From UHGV virus genome UHGV-0181016: a DNA stretch of 46,343 nt, one strand, 5' to 3'. Shown here one piece after another: positions 10,457 to 19,002 of this stretch. Under the pieces are notes generated by a model. It made no database searches. It saw only the letters and a list, made by a program, of their open reading frames with translations, and was not told where the DNA came from. The stretch's first letter is position 1. Every line of letters begins with the position of its first letter. Both the position numbers and the translations under genes were made by a program. This stretch comes from a virus.

Positions 10457-10468
10457 TATTCTATCACA
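10457..10468 (-). promoter_or_regulatory. extended -10-like element reading CCTTTGTGATAGAAT, upstream of terS
   Basis: TGnTAgAAT lies about 24 nt upstream of the terS ATG. It is a paralogue of the box at 9955. Confidence 0.35.
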
Positions 10469-10472
10469 AAGG

Positions 10473-10501
10473 CAAAAAAAAGAACCCGCACAAGGCGGGT
10501 T
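10473..10501 (-). terminator. strong rho-independent terminator on the minus strand, ending the early micro-gene operon
   Basis: The minus strand reads AACCCGCcttgtGCGGGTT followed by CTTTTTTTTG. Confidence 0.75.
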
Positions 10502-10545
10502 AAATGTTGGGAGATGATATGAGTGAGGCAATGGTGGTTATGTGC

Positions 10546-10719
10546 TTATTGTACACCATCATTGTCACGCTTGCCAGCATAGCACCATGCGTTTTCTGTT
10601 TGCGTCTGCACATGAACAATTTCAAGAGCATCCTGGAATGTCTTTGCCACCTTCGCGATGAAATCGTCCAGTTCGTGCTGTTTGGCGAGATTCCACACTT
10701 TCTGCTTAGTTGTTTGCAT
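10546..10719 (-). CDS. hypothetical protein, 57 aa
   Basis: GAGGG lies 9 nt upstream of the ATG at 10719. Its start is overlapped in another frame by the ORF at 10706-10885. Confidence 0.35.
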   Translation of the reverse strand: MQTTKQKVWNLAKQHELDDFIAKVAKTFQDALEIVHVQTQTENAWCYAGKRDNDGVQ

Positions 10720-10885
10720 TTGCGAAAGCCCTCGTTGAGCGCATGCACTTAATTTCGTGCACGCCGTTATCTGGAACAACCTCAATGCGATTGCTGAGCT
10801 GCACCATCATGTAATGACAGGTCATCATGCCGTCCCAGTATCGTTTCCACATGAATTCCATTGCGGAGTTGATATCGTTAAACAT
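10706..10885 (-). CDS. hypothetical protein, 59 aa
   Basis: ATG at 10885 lies 3 nt after the upstream stop. Low confidence. Confidence 0.25.
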   Translation of the reverse strand: MFNDINSAMEFMWKRYWDGMMTCHYMMVQLSNRIEVVPDNGVHEIKCMRSTRAFANANN

Positions 10886-11198
10886 AATGCTGCCACTCCT
10901 TTTTAACCCATGCTATGCGATTCTTGTTGGTGTGGATTTTCCCGTCAATAGATTCCAAATAGTATGAGTTATCTGCGTTATTAAACGGGTAATCACGGCT
11001 GAGTCCGGCCTTAGTGAATTGCGATTTCATTAAAAACAACGCAACCTCCCTTTCTCTTGGGTTGCAACCTTTCCCTTTAAGGTACAAACACAGGGAAGCA
11101 CAAAGACCAACTCTTCTACCGAATGGATCACCTTCTTGCGCGCCAGCATCAATCCAGTCGGAATATGCTTCATAAAACTCAGCTAATTGATTAAACAT
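10878..11198 (-). CDS. hypothetical protein, 106 aa
   Basis: ORF in the early minus operon. Confidence 0.45.
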   Translation of the reverse strand: MFNQLAEFYEAYSDWIDAGAQEGDPFGRRVGLCASLCLYLKGKGCNPREREVALFLMKSQFTKAGLSRDYPFNNADNSYYLESIDGKIHTNKNRIAWVKKEWQHYV

Positions 11199-11298
11199 AA
11201 TGCAAAACTCCTGCGATAGCTGCTACCAGTGCCAGTGCGTACACAGCAAGGAAGATTTTAGCGTCAGTGGTGTATCGGCGTCGTTTGTGGTTGTTCAT
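11191..11298 (-). CDS. small membrane peptide, 35 aa
   Basis: GGAGG lies 7 nt upstream. The single TM is FLAVYALALVAAIAGVL. An ATGTTTAA overlap joins it to the next gene. Confidence 0.3.
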   Translation of the reverse strand: MNNHKRRRYTTDAKIFLAVYALALVAAIAGVLHYV

Positions 11299-11361
11299 AG
11301 ATATGCCTCCACTAAAGCGTGCGCCACATAGAGCGCACTGATAATTAATATGAACGGGTAG

Positions 11362-11622
11362 CTATTCACTTTTCAGGCACTCTACGCAAGTGCCATTGAT
11401 GAAGTGATGCTTGTGATTGCTTAGACTTTCGAATTGCTGGTTGGTGGCGTCCATCTCCGCCTCAGTAAGAATGCTATCAATAATCTTCCTTGACTCATCA
11501 ACGAGTCTGTTAAATACAGCATCATTAATGACAGGAACCGGTACAAACCTGATTCCTGATGATGCAAGTGCATTAGCCATTTCAAGCGACTTTCTTAATT
11601 CAACTGGCGATGCTTTGTTCAT
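11362..11622 (-). CDS. hypothetical protein, 86 aa, with a C-terminal CxxC
   Basis: ORF. Confidence 0.45.
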   Translation of the reverse strand: MNKASPVELRKSLEMANALASSGIRFVPVPVINDAVFNRLVDESRKIIDSILTEAEMDATNQQFESLSNHKHHFINGTCVECLKSE

Positions 11623-11855
11623 ACCCTAACCCCCATAATCTCTTCGTAGTAGCCATCTTCTTCAAACTCAATCTTTGCGATTTTGAGCGCATCCTCATCT
11701 GTGATATCAATCGCTTTGAATTTGCACTTTGCAGTCACAGTGTAAAGCGCCAGAAGAATAGGCTTGCTCCACCAATGAACGCGCTTGATGTTTTTCCGTG
11801 CCTTGAAAAATATGCTCGTGCAAAACCATAACTCGTATGTTTTTACTTTTGCCAT
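11619..11855 (-). CDS. hypothetical protein, 78 aa
   Basis: ORF with an ATGA overlap to the downstream gene. Confidence 0.45.
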   Translation of the reverse strand: MAKVKTYELWFCTSIFFKARKNIKRVHWWSKPILLALYTVTAKCKFKAIDITDEDALKIAKIEFEEDGYYEEIMGVRV

Positions 11856-11917
11856 ATCATCACCATTAAAAATAAGATCGCTGAATCGTGGTCAGAATAC
11901 GATAATAAGCTCATCCA

Positions 11918-12073
11918 TTATCTTCGCTTACCTTCGCCATTAAACACGCGCACAACGCGATTTACGCGTATAGATTCCATTGCATGCCGTGCCTGCTTGC
12001 TCATAAAGTTCTGTGCGCCAACGTGACCGAGTTCAGGCTCCAGCTTCTCGCGACGATAGATAGTCTTTGCCAT
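11918..12073 (-). CDS. hypothetical basic protein, 51 aa
   Basis: ORF, one of a run of micro-ORFs separated by 3 nt or less. Confidence 0.3.
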   Translation of the reverse strand: MAKTIYRREKLEPELGHVGAQNFMSKQARHAMESIRVNRVVRVFNGEGKRR

Positions 12074-12253
12074 GTGTTAAACCTCATAAGAGTTAATAAT
12101 TGCCTTAATGCGGAGGCGATACCACCGCATGATGTGTTCGTTATGCCAGTTGCTCATTTTGTTACTCCTTATACCCCGATTTAGAAACTGCCACTGCGAT
12201 AATGATGAATGCCACGATAACCAGACTGGCGATAAGTTCGAATGCTGCGCCTG

Positions 12254-12400
12254 TCATTTGCTCAACCCATACGCTGAGATTAAAGCCTGCATTGCTGCGT
12301 TCCAGAATGCTTCGGCAGGAATGCTGTTGTTTGTGCGATCAACTGCGATACGTGCCATAGCCTGAGCATCTTCAAATTCTTCACGGTTTTTGATTTTCAT
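12254..12400 (-). CDS. hypothetical protein, 48 aa, first gene after the early promoter
   Basis: ATG at 12400 lies about 30 nt downstream of the -10. It is followed by overlapping micro-ORFs at 12162-12257 (31 aa, TM) and 12077-12157 (26 aa, AAGGAG RBS). Confidence 0.3.
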   Translation of the reverse strand: MKIKNREEFEDAQAMARIAVDRTNNSIPAEAFWNAAMQALISAYGLSK

Positions 12401-12430
12401 CTCTACACTCTCGTTTGTTTCGATGAGTTC

Positions 12431-12459
12431 AATCTACATCAGTTGTGATTCTACGTCAA
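12431..12459 (-). promoter_or_regulatory. family promoter on the minus strand, TTGACG-N17-TAGATT
   Basis: The minus strand reads catgTTGACGtagaatcacaactgatgTAGATTgaac. It drives the leftward early micro-gene operon. Confidence 0.55.
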
Positions 12460-12469
12460 CATGCAGAGA

Positions 12470-12650
12470 AAGAAAAAGCACTACCAAATGTTAGTTAATG
12501 CTAGCCAACATATATAGTTACATATATTACTAATAGTAACCTTTGTTTATTACCTCTATAAAATATATTAAGATCTTCTTTATATTTATTATAGATATTA
12601 ATACCTTACGCTACAGAAACACGAAAACCAGCAGTTAAGCTGGTTATTTT
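12470..12650. other. AT-rich region, about 80% AT, a candidate DNA unwinding element. It ends in a plus-oriented hairpin plus T-run at 12627-12656.
   Basis: Runs such as atatatagttacatatattactaatagtaacc and tataaaatatattaagatcttctttatatttattatagatattaata. There is no ORF. Confidence 0.5.
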
Positions 12651-12675
12651 TTTAGTGGTTTTTAGTGTTTTTTGG

Positions 12676-12915
12676 CTTCCCGGGCTTCCCGTGATTTCTG
12701 GTAAGCGTTTTTTTCTTTGTTTTCAGTAGCTTCGTAGTGTTTTTTGTATCGCTTCCCGCTTCCCAGAAAAATGATTTTTGAATTTTAAAACTTTCAATTT
12801 TTTTCGAAAATCTTCTCGGGAAGCGGGAAGTTGGGAAGCGACCACTTAAACCATTGATTTTTCTGTATTTCCGCTTCCCGAGCTATCTTAACTTTGGGAA
12901 GCGAAGTTATTGAAA
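12676..12915. repeat. iteron array. About ten copies of GGGAAGC / GCTTCCC in both orientations, often as tandem pairs.
   Basis: Copies include GGCTTCCCGGGCTTCCCG, CGCTTCCCGCTTCCCA, CGGGAAGCGGGAAGTTGGGAAGCG, CCGCTTCCCGAG and TGGGAAGCGAAG. TGGTAAGCGTT also occurs twice. The region is non-coding and lies directly upstream of the replication module. Confidence 0.6.
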
Positions 12916-13074
12916 ATAAAAGAAAAATCGCCCCTCTGGTAAGCGTTATACTCCTGTTGGAGTGTGCTGTCAACCAGCCGCACGGAACAAAGATCATCCC
13001 CGTGTAAATGTGTTTGACTAGCTTCCTTTTTCCTTTTATTCTTTTTTTATCAAACAAGAAGTGGAGAAATGGCG

Positions 13075-13296
13075 ATGAGCAAAGAATACCGATTTGGCAG
13101 TGCGATTGGAGAGGTCTGGGATTTTGTGCGTGATATGTTGGTTGGTGAGTGTAAGGAGTTTAACTTTGATGAGTTTACCGCTAATGAAGGATTAAGGGGA
13201 TTCAGAGTTAACCTTCATAAGGTTGCGGTGCGGAACGGATGGATGTTTAAAACGCGAGCTAAGGCTGGTGGTTTGTGGGTCAAGCGGATTAAGTGA
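13075..13296 (+). CDS. hypothetical protein, 74 aa, first gene of the replication module
   Basis: GGAG lies 8 nt upstream of the ATG at 13075. Confidence 0.45.
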   Translation: MSKEYRFGSAIGEVWDFVRDMLVGECKEFNFDEFTANEGLRGFRVNLHKVAVRNGWMFKTRAKAGGLWVKRIK

Positions 13297-13307
13297 GGTT
13301 TTTGGAT

Positions 13308-13730
13308 ATGAAAAGGTACTACATTGAGGCAGTTGGGCCTGATGGTAAAAAGGTGTATGCCAGCGGTAGATGTGGTTTTCTGCATGATTTTACCTATGCG
13401 AAGTTTTTCAAAACAATAGAGGAGGCTGAGAGGTATATGGCGTGGCGGAAGCCGCATCTCCCGTGTGAAATAAAATGCAAGGAGCAAAGGGTAAAAAAAC
13501 GGGCAGCGTCTGTGCGGGAGCAAAAACCGACAATTGAGGGAGAGGCTCGCAACTTCGTCTACCGACTTGGTTTGGGTAAGGGAAAGCATTTTGTGTTTGA
13601 TGATTTTGCGTTGATAAAGAGTATTGAGCAGTTGAGAAGTGCGCTTTCCGTGGTTGGTAAGAAGCTGCAAAAAAAATTCAGTGTCAAGATGGTTGCGCGT
13701 AATACCGCTTATGTGGTGAGGGTTAAATGA
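13308..13730 (+). CDS. hypothetical basic protein, 140 aa
   Basis: GAGG lies 9 nt upstream of the ATG at 13308. Its position and basic composition make it a candidate DNA-binding or initiator-like protein. Confidence 0.4.
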   Translation: MKRYYIEAVGPDGKKVYASGRCGFLHDFTYAKFFKTIEEAERYMAWRKPHLPCEIKCKEQRVKKRAASVREQKPTIEGEARNFVYRLGLGKGKHFVFDDFALIKSIEQLRSALSVVGKKLQKKFSVKMVARNTAYVVRVK

Positions 13731-16060
13731 TGATTGGTTATGAAGATTACCGCAAATGTGGCTTCCCTATTATTGGAATCCATGCGATGGATATCGACCG
13801 CAATTGCACATGCGGTGATCCAGAGTGCAATGCTGCCGGTAAGCATCCGGTCATGAGTAACTGGCAGCTTGGAGTTATATGGGCTGATGACCAGATTGAA
13901 AATATGGCTGAATATGGTCAATTGCAGTCATTCGGCGTCCTTGTGAATGGTTATCTGGTCGTTGATATTGACCCACGCAACGGAGGCAATGATGGGTATG
14001 AGTCTCTTTGTGATGCCTTAGACGTAGAACTCGCTGATGAGGCTGGTTTTACAGTTAAGACTGGTGGTGGTGGTCGCCACATCTATTACAAACTTCCTGA
14101 AGGAATAAAGCTTCGCTCTCATGACAGAAGGTTTAAGGGTATTGACTTTAAATCATCTGGTTTTGTTGTTGGATGCGGTTCATTCCATAAGTCAGGTAAC
14201 TTTTATGAAGCTGAGCATGGCTCCCCTTCAGAGATAACTGAATGTCCATCTGAACTTATTGAGCTTTTGTTGCGCCCTGAGAGAACGGAAGACGAGGTTT
14301 TCACGCTTGATAGTAAAAATTACAGCATTGCCGAAATGGAGGATATGCTCAAATACATCAAAGATGGTGATGAGTATGACCCATGGCTTCATGTAGGCAT
14401 GGCTATCCACGAAGCTACAGAAGGCAATGGTTTTGAGCTTTGGGATAGGTGGTCATCGCAGTTCAGCAAGTACAGAGCTGAAGAGATGGATGCAAAATGG
14501 CATTCCTTTGGAAAGGACGGTGTTAGCGAAAAGATAACCGAAGCAACTCTGGTTTATCTCGCGCAAGAGGGAGGGTGGGTAAGGCAAGTAACTTTTGAGG
14601 CTACGCCGGAGGAAATTGAGAAACTTGAGTCTTTCGAGCGAGAGATGGCAATGGGTGTTGGTGAATGCCCTGTAGAGTACAAAAGTGTTGATGTCCGTTA
14701 TCCGCCTGGATTTGTTGGTCGCCTTACGGCGTGGATTAATAAGAACTGTGCAGAGAAGCGAGAGAATATTGCAGCACTTGCCGCATTGCATGCCGCATCC
14801 ATGATTTGCGGAGCGTCATCTGATATTTACCTTACAAATAGGAAGGCTTTACCAAACCTTTTTGCTGTTGGTATCGCTGGTTCAGGTTCAGGTAAGGGTG
14901 ATGTCCTTGCTGCGCTACAAAAGATAATTGATTGCTCAGGATTGAGTAAGACTGTCGCCGGTAAGATACGTTCAGAGCGTGCGATATATGAAGGTCTTTG
15001 CACTAACCAGATGTTTAATATCATCATGGATGAGATTGGGATAAAACTTGGCAGTGTTGTTGGTCAGAAAGTAAGCGAGTACAACATGGCAACCGCTGGT
15101 GCGATCATGGAGGCTTACACGTCAGAAGTTCTTTATTGTGACCAGCGGGTTACTGAGGATTTCATTAAGTCTTTCGAAAAGAGAAAGGCTATGCTGTTGA
15201 TGGCTATTGAGGAAAATGAGATACAGGCAGACCCAGTTGACATTAAGTGTCAGTTTGATGATGTGATAAACAGAATTGACGGAGCTATAAGGAATCCATT
15301 TTTTTCAATCTTTGGTGTGTCTACTGATGATCAGTTTAAGCGACTTATCACTGAAGAAAACATTAAGTCAGGTCTTATGGGTCGTGCAATGATTATGCAG
15401 GAGTTGCAGGAGATTGCTGACGAAAACGAAAACGTCAACTACTGCGATCTGCCAATGGATATGCAACTAACCATAAAAACAATAATAAATGGCGGAACTG
15501 CTGGGCACAAAAACTGGACAGACTCAATAATCAGTCAAAAAGAAAGACGGATTATAAAAGCTACGCCTGAAGTTTCTCAGCTCGCTAAGGAGTTCTTCTC
15601 ATGGATTAAAACCGTTGCAAGAAAGCATGTAGAAAACGGCACTGGTTATCACCCATTGATAAACAGATGCGCTGTGAAGGTGGCAAAGATTGCTGGAATT
15701 CTCGCGTGCGATACTGGCGTCATAACCATGGAGCACTTGAGATATGCGGTAGCATTAACAATTAAATCAACAAGCGATCTGATGATGCGTGCTGACAGTA
15801 TCGCCGGAGCGAAGTCTAAAGCTATGGAAGAACGAATTGAAGGTATTTTCTCCATGGTTAAAGAATATGTGAAGCGTGGAATGACTAAAACAGCAATGGT
15901 TAGAGGGGTGGCAAAAGAAGGTGGTTATAAACGCGCTGATGTCGAGAGGTGCGTAGAGAAGTTGTTATCAGATGGTATTATTTGCATTGATGAAAATGCA
16001 AAAAGAACATCTCACAACGTAATAATTTACAAATTAACAAATGATGAGGTTGAGATATGA
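13727..16060 (+). CDS. bifunctional primase-polymerase (PrimPol N-domain) fused to a D5/DUF3987-like P-loop NTPase, a primase-helicase
   Basis: The N-terminus carries the PrimPol hhhDhD-type motif LVVDIDPRNGG and a Zn-binding CTCGDPEC. The middle carries Walker A GIAGSGSGKG. The size is 777 aa. Confidence 0.75.
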   Translation: MMIGYEDYRKCGFPIIGIHAMDIDRNCTCGDPECNAAGKHPVMSNWQLGVIWADDQIENMAEYGQLQSFGVLVNGYLVVDIDPRNGGNDGYESLCDALDVELADEAGFTVKTGGGGRHIYYKLPEGIKLRSHDRRFKGIDFKSSGFVVGCGSFHKSGNFYEAEHGSPSEITECPSELIELLLRPERTEDEVFTLDSKNYSIAEMEDMLKYIKDGDEYDPWLHVGMAIHEATEGNGFELWDRWSSQFSKYRAEEMDAKWHSFGKDGVSEKITEATLVYLAQEGGWVRQVTFEATPEEIEKLESFEREMAMGVGECPVEYKSVDVRYPPGFVGRLTAWINKNCAEKRENIAALAALHAASMICGASSDIYLTNRKALPNLFAVGIAGSGSGKGDVLAALQKIIDCSGLSKTVAGKIRSERAIYEGLCTNQMFNIIMDEIGIKLGSVVGQKVSEYNMATAGAIMEAYTSEVLYCDQRVTEDFIKSFEKRKAMLLMAIEENEIQADPVDIKCQFDDVINRIDGAIRNPFFSIFGVSTDDQFKRLITEENIKSGLMGRAMIMQELQEIADENENVNYCDLPMDMQLTIKTIINGGTAGHKNWTDSIISQKERRIIKATPEVSQLAKEFFSWIKTVARKHVENGTGYHPLINRCAVKVAKIAGILACDTGVITMEHLRYAVALTIKSTSDLMMRADSIAGAKSKAMEERIEGIFSMVKEYVKRGMTKTAMVRGVAKEGGYKRADVERCVEKLLSDGIICIDENAKRTSHNVIIYKLTNDEVEI

Positions 16061-16479
16061 TCAATTACAAGTATCTGGTGATGAGGGGTTTGTATGACTA
16101 TTTTGAGTCAGAAAATCCTGAGCGCGCACATGATAACGCAATATCCATGATGACAGGGAAACACCTGATGGAAGTTTACTACTGGAAAATGCCTGTATTC
16201 CGATGCAATATGGGTATCTGCATTGATGATGACGTACTGTTTTGTCGAATACAATATGAAAACAATGTAGGCATAGTGACAGCATCGTACAGGGATGTCG
16301 CAAGGAAATCAGGAAACTGGCATCCAAGCGAAGTATTTGCTGGTGACGCACTATTTAATTTCTGCAAGGCGTTTGGTGTTTTGTATGAGGATGTAAGCAA
16401 AGAGTATAGCGGAAGGCGTGAGAAAGATAGCTTGAGTTCCAAAGGTGTGACTAACTACAAGGATAAAACCCATGGCTAA
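16057..16479 (+). CDS. hypothetical protein, 140 aa
   Basis: ORF with an ATGA overlap to the primase gene. Confidence 0.45.
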   Translation: MINYKYLVMRGLYDYFESENPERAHDNAISMMTGKHLMEVYYWKMPVFRCNMGICIDDDVLFCRIQYENNVGIVTASYRDVARKSGNWHPSEVFAGDALFNFCKAFGVLYEDVSKEYSGRREKDSLSSKGVTNYKDKTHG

Positions 16480-16753
16480 CCTTCAACTTGCCGTCAAAGG
16501 TGAATACTTCGATGCCATGATTATCGGGGAGAAAACGGAAGAGTATCGCCTTGCTAATGACTACTGGAAAAAGCGCCTCGTTAACCGCGAGTATGACCGC
16601 CTGATTATCACAAAGGGATATCCGAAGTGCGACGACTTCAGTCGCAGAATTGATGTTCCGTATGACGGATATGAAATCAAGACAATCACACATCCCCACT
16701 TCGGCGATAAACCGGTAAAGGTGTTCGCGATAAAGGTGAATATCAAAGCATAA
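16472..16753 (+). CDS. hypothetical protein, 93 aa, possibly ASCH-like
   Basis: ORF. Family unclear. Confidence 0.4.
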   Translation: MANLQLAVKGEYFDAMIIGEKTEEYRLANDYWKKRLVNREYDRLIITKGYPKCDDFSRRIDVPYDGYEIKTITHPHFGDKPVKVFAIKVNIKA

Positions 16754-16756
16754 CAA

Positions 16757-16785
16757 AAAGCCCGCAACCGCGGGCTTTATTATTT
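16757..16785. terminator. bidirectional terminator
   Basis: Hairpin GCCCGC-aacc-GCGGGC is followed by TTTATTATTT on the plus strand and TTTTTGTT on the minus strand. Confidence 0.65.
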
Positions 16786-17022
16786 AACAATCCATTTTGT
16801 GACAGCTGGCCTTAAATCTTCCTTTCTGAAAACACCACCAGTAAGCGACTCGGCATCAATTGCTGCTGTAGCACTAATTCTTCCTCTTGACACCCACTGA
16901 TTGACAGCCTGTTTTGACACACCTAGAAACCTTGCCAGTTGAGACTGACCTCCAACATAATCAATCAGTTCTGACAGCTTCGTCTGCTCCATTTCTCTTA
17001 TCTGTTCTGCGATGCTTTTCAT
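16780..17022 (-). CDS. Cro/CI-type HTH (XRE-family) regulator, divergent from the recombination operon
   Basis: QSQLARFLGVSKQAVNQWVSRGRIS is a canonical HTH. The start at M15 is inferred. Confidence 0.55.
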   Translation of the reverse strand: MKSIAEQIREMEQTKLSELIDYVGGQSQLARFLGVSKQAVNQWVSRGRISATAAIDAESLTGGVFRKEDLRPAVTKWIVK

Positions 17023-17101
17023 GTGTTTACCTCTGCTATCTGTATGCAGCAATAATGAACTCAAAAAAAATTTTCGTCAAGCTATTGCGTTTACCATCAT
17101 G

Positions 17102-17137
17102 TTGACGTATCTTTAAGTCACACCAGCGATATGCTGA
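17102..17137 (+). promoter_or_regulatory. putative promoter or operator for the Sak4 operon
   Basis: TTGACG is present but the -10 is weak. It is flanked by the inverted repeat TCGTCAA-N24-TTGACG. Confidence 0.3.
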
Positions 17138-17156
17138 GTTAAATCGAGAGGACACT

Positions 17157-17999
17157 ATGAGCTTATCAATGATTCAAAAACCAAAGCCAGCAGCACCAAT
17201 CATAACATTGGTTGGTACTCCGGGTGTAGGCAAGACAACTCTTGCGGCGCTATTCCCAAACCCAGTGTTTATTCAGGCTGAAGAGATCACTGGTGTTTTT
17301 GATGACTGGGATGATGAAAAGAAACCAGATTCATTTCCTGTACTGAAGCGAGCTGATGCTAAACGCAAAACAAGCACAAAGGATGATTTGCTGTCACAGC
17401 TACGCGCATTAATTACTGAAGAGCATAATTATAAAACTCTGGTAATTGACTCAATAACAAGCCTGCATTCAATGTTTGAGCATGAGGTTTGTGAAAATTA
17501 CGAAGTTGATAACGTTGGTTCTGCAGCTGGTGGTTACAACAAAGGGTATATCGTTGTTTCTGAAATGCACGCCGAAATAATAAATGCATGCAAGTATCTT
17601 CGCAAAGAAAAAGGGATGAGCATCATTTATCTTGCACACGCAGGTGTTAAAAAGATGAAGAATCGCCCTGATGCTGATGAATACACTGTTTACACACTTG
17701 ACATGCATGATGCTTCAGTTTCTGGTTATGTGAATCTTAGTGATGCTGTTATTTACATCAGGAATGAGGAGTTTGTGAAAGGTACTGAGACTGATAAAAA
17801 AGGTCAGGTCACCAAGTTTGGTAAGGTAGTTCAGACTGGTCAGCGAGTTCTTATCACATCTGGTGACGGTAGGGTTGGGTATGTTAATGCAAAAAACAGA
17901 TACAACCTTGAACCTGAAATTCCTTTTGAAAAAGGTGAGAACCCCCTTTTGAGTGAGATTAAATATTATGCATCTCTACGAGATAACCAAACAGCTTAA
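17157..17999 (+). CDS. Sak4-like RecA-fold ATPase, a single-strand annealing or recombination mediator
   Basis: Walker A is GTPGVGKTT. The size is about 280 aa. Gp157 and SSB follow, forming the Sak4 / Gp157 / SSB synteny. Confidence 0.7.
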   Translation: MSLSMIQKPKPAAPIITLVGTPGVGKTTLAALFPNPVFIQAEEITGVFDDWDDEKKPDSFPVLKRADAKRKTSTKDDLLSQLRALITEEHNYKTLVIDSITSLHSMFEHEVCENYEVDNVGSAAGGYNKGYIVVSEMHAEIINACKYLRKEKGMSIIYLAHAGVKKMKNRPDADEYTVYTLDMHDASVSGYVNLSDAVIYIRNEEFVKGTETDKKGQVTKFGKVVQTGQRVLITSGDGRVGYVNAKNRYNLEPEIPFEKGENPLLSEIKYYASLRDNQTA

Positions 18000-18447
18000 T
18001 GAGCTGCTGGCGCTGGATGATATTCCACGGGAGCAGATTGAAGATACCATCAATCTTATTGAAGAGGAGTTTGAAGGAAAGGCTGAAATGGTTGCTGCTT
18101 ACATTCGTGAGCTTGAGGCTGATGAAGCAGGACTTAAATCAGAGATTGACCGTCTTTCTGAGCGTAAGCGAGTTTTAGTTGCGAAGATTGATAACCTTAA
18201 AGATTATCTTCGTCAAAACATGATGGAGTCAGGAAAGACAAATATCAAAGGTAAGTTGTTCAGTATTACTCTTGGAAAACCATCACCAGTTCTTGATGTG
18301 TTTGTCCCTGTTGAGCAGCTTCCTGAGCAGTACCGCGTTGTGAAAGTGTCGGCAGATAACGCAGCAATTAAAAATGCGATTAAAGCCGGGATTGAAATTA
18401 AGGGTTGTGCCATTACTGATGGCAAACCAAAACTGATCATCAAATAA
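17968..18447 (+). CDS. Siphovirus Gp157-family protein
   Basis: Coiled-coil-rich protein of about 160 aa placed between Sak4 and SSB. Confidence 0.5.
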   Translation: MHLYEITKQLNELLALDDIPREQIEDTINLIEEEFEGKAEMVAAYIRELEADEAGLKSEIDRLSERKRVLVAKIDNLKDYLRQNMMESGKTNIKGKLFSITLGKPSPVLDVFVPVEQLPEQYRVVKVSADNAAIKNAIKAGIEIKGCAITDGKPKLIIK

Positions 18448-18464
18448 ATCGAGAGGACACAAAA

Positions 18465-18986
18465 ATGGGTTTCTGGAATCTTTCTGACGGTAAAGCTGTT
18501 GAATCTAAATCTGAATTTGAACTGGGTGGTGGTTTCGAAGTAATTCCTGATGGTAGCCGTGTTCTTGCTGCCGTTGAAGAATGTAAAGACGATCAGTGGG
18601 AAGGTGAGAGATTCTTCAATCTTAAGTGGCGAATTCTTGAGGGCGAGTATAAAAATCGCATTATCTTCCAGAAACTGAAAGTATTTAGCTCAAAAGAAAA
18701 GCAGCGAGACAATGCTATCACTATGCTTGCAGCAATTGACGCAAACGCTGGTGGAAAGCTGATGGCATCAGGAAAAGAGCCTACTGATTTTGCTATTGCC
18801 AGTGCGCTTGCAAATCGCCCGATGATTATTCTTCTGCGCGTTTGGGAGTCTGAGGATAAGCAAAAAACTGGTAACTATGTGGCTGGCGTTTTCAGTCGTC
18901 AACAGACAAAAGCAGCGCCTGCTCCTAAGCAATCAGCGCCGTCTAACGAGCCGCCGATTGACTTCGACTCTGACGTGCCATTTTGA
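18465..18986 (+). CDS. ssb: single-stranded DNA-binding protein
   Basis: The acidic C-terminal tail SNEPPIDFDSDVPF is the SSB-Ct motif. It is preceded by a Q/A/P-rich linker. The RBS context is TCGAGAGGACAC. Confidence 0.75.
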   Translation: MGFWNLSDGKAVESKSEFELGGGFEVIPDGSRVLAAVEECKDDQWEGERFFNLKWRILEGEYKNRIIFQKLKVFSSKEKQRDNAITMLAAIDANAGGKLMASGKEPTDFAIASALANRPMIILLRVWESEDKQKTGNYVAGVFSRQQTKAAPAPKQSAPSNEPPIDFDSDVPF

Positions 18987-19002
18987 TTTAGATTGGAATG
19001 AC

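Noticed and set aside
10500-10752. Track ORFs 10500-10748 (-) and 10504-10752 (+) of 82 aa each
   Set aside because: They overlap each other and the better-supported 57-aa and 59-aa minus-strand genes in other frames. They have no RBS and odd composition. They are likely spurious.
12676-12915. CRISPR array
   Set aside because: The repeat unit is only 7 nt. It occurs in both orientations with irregular spacing and no uniform spacers. These are iterons, not CRISPR repeats.
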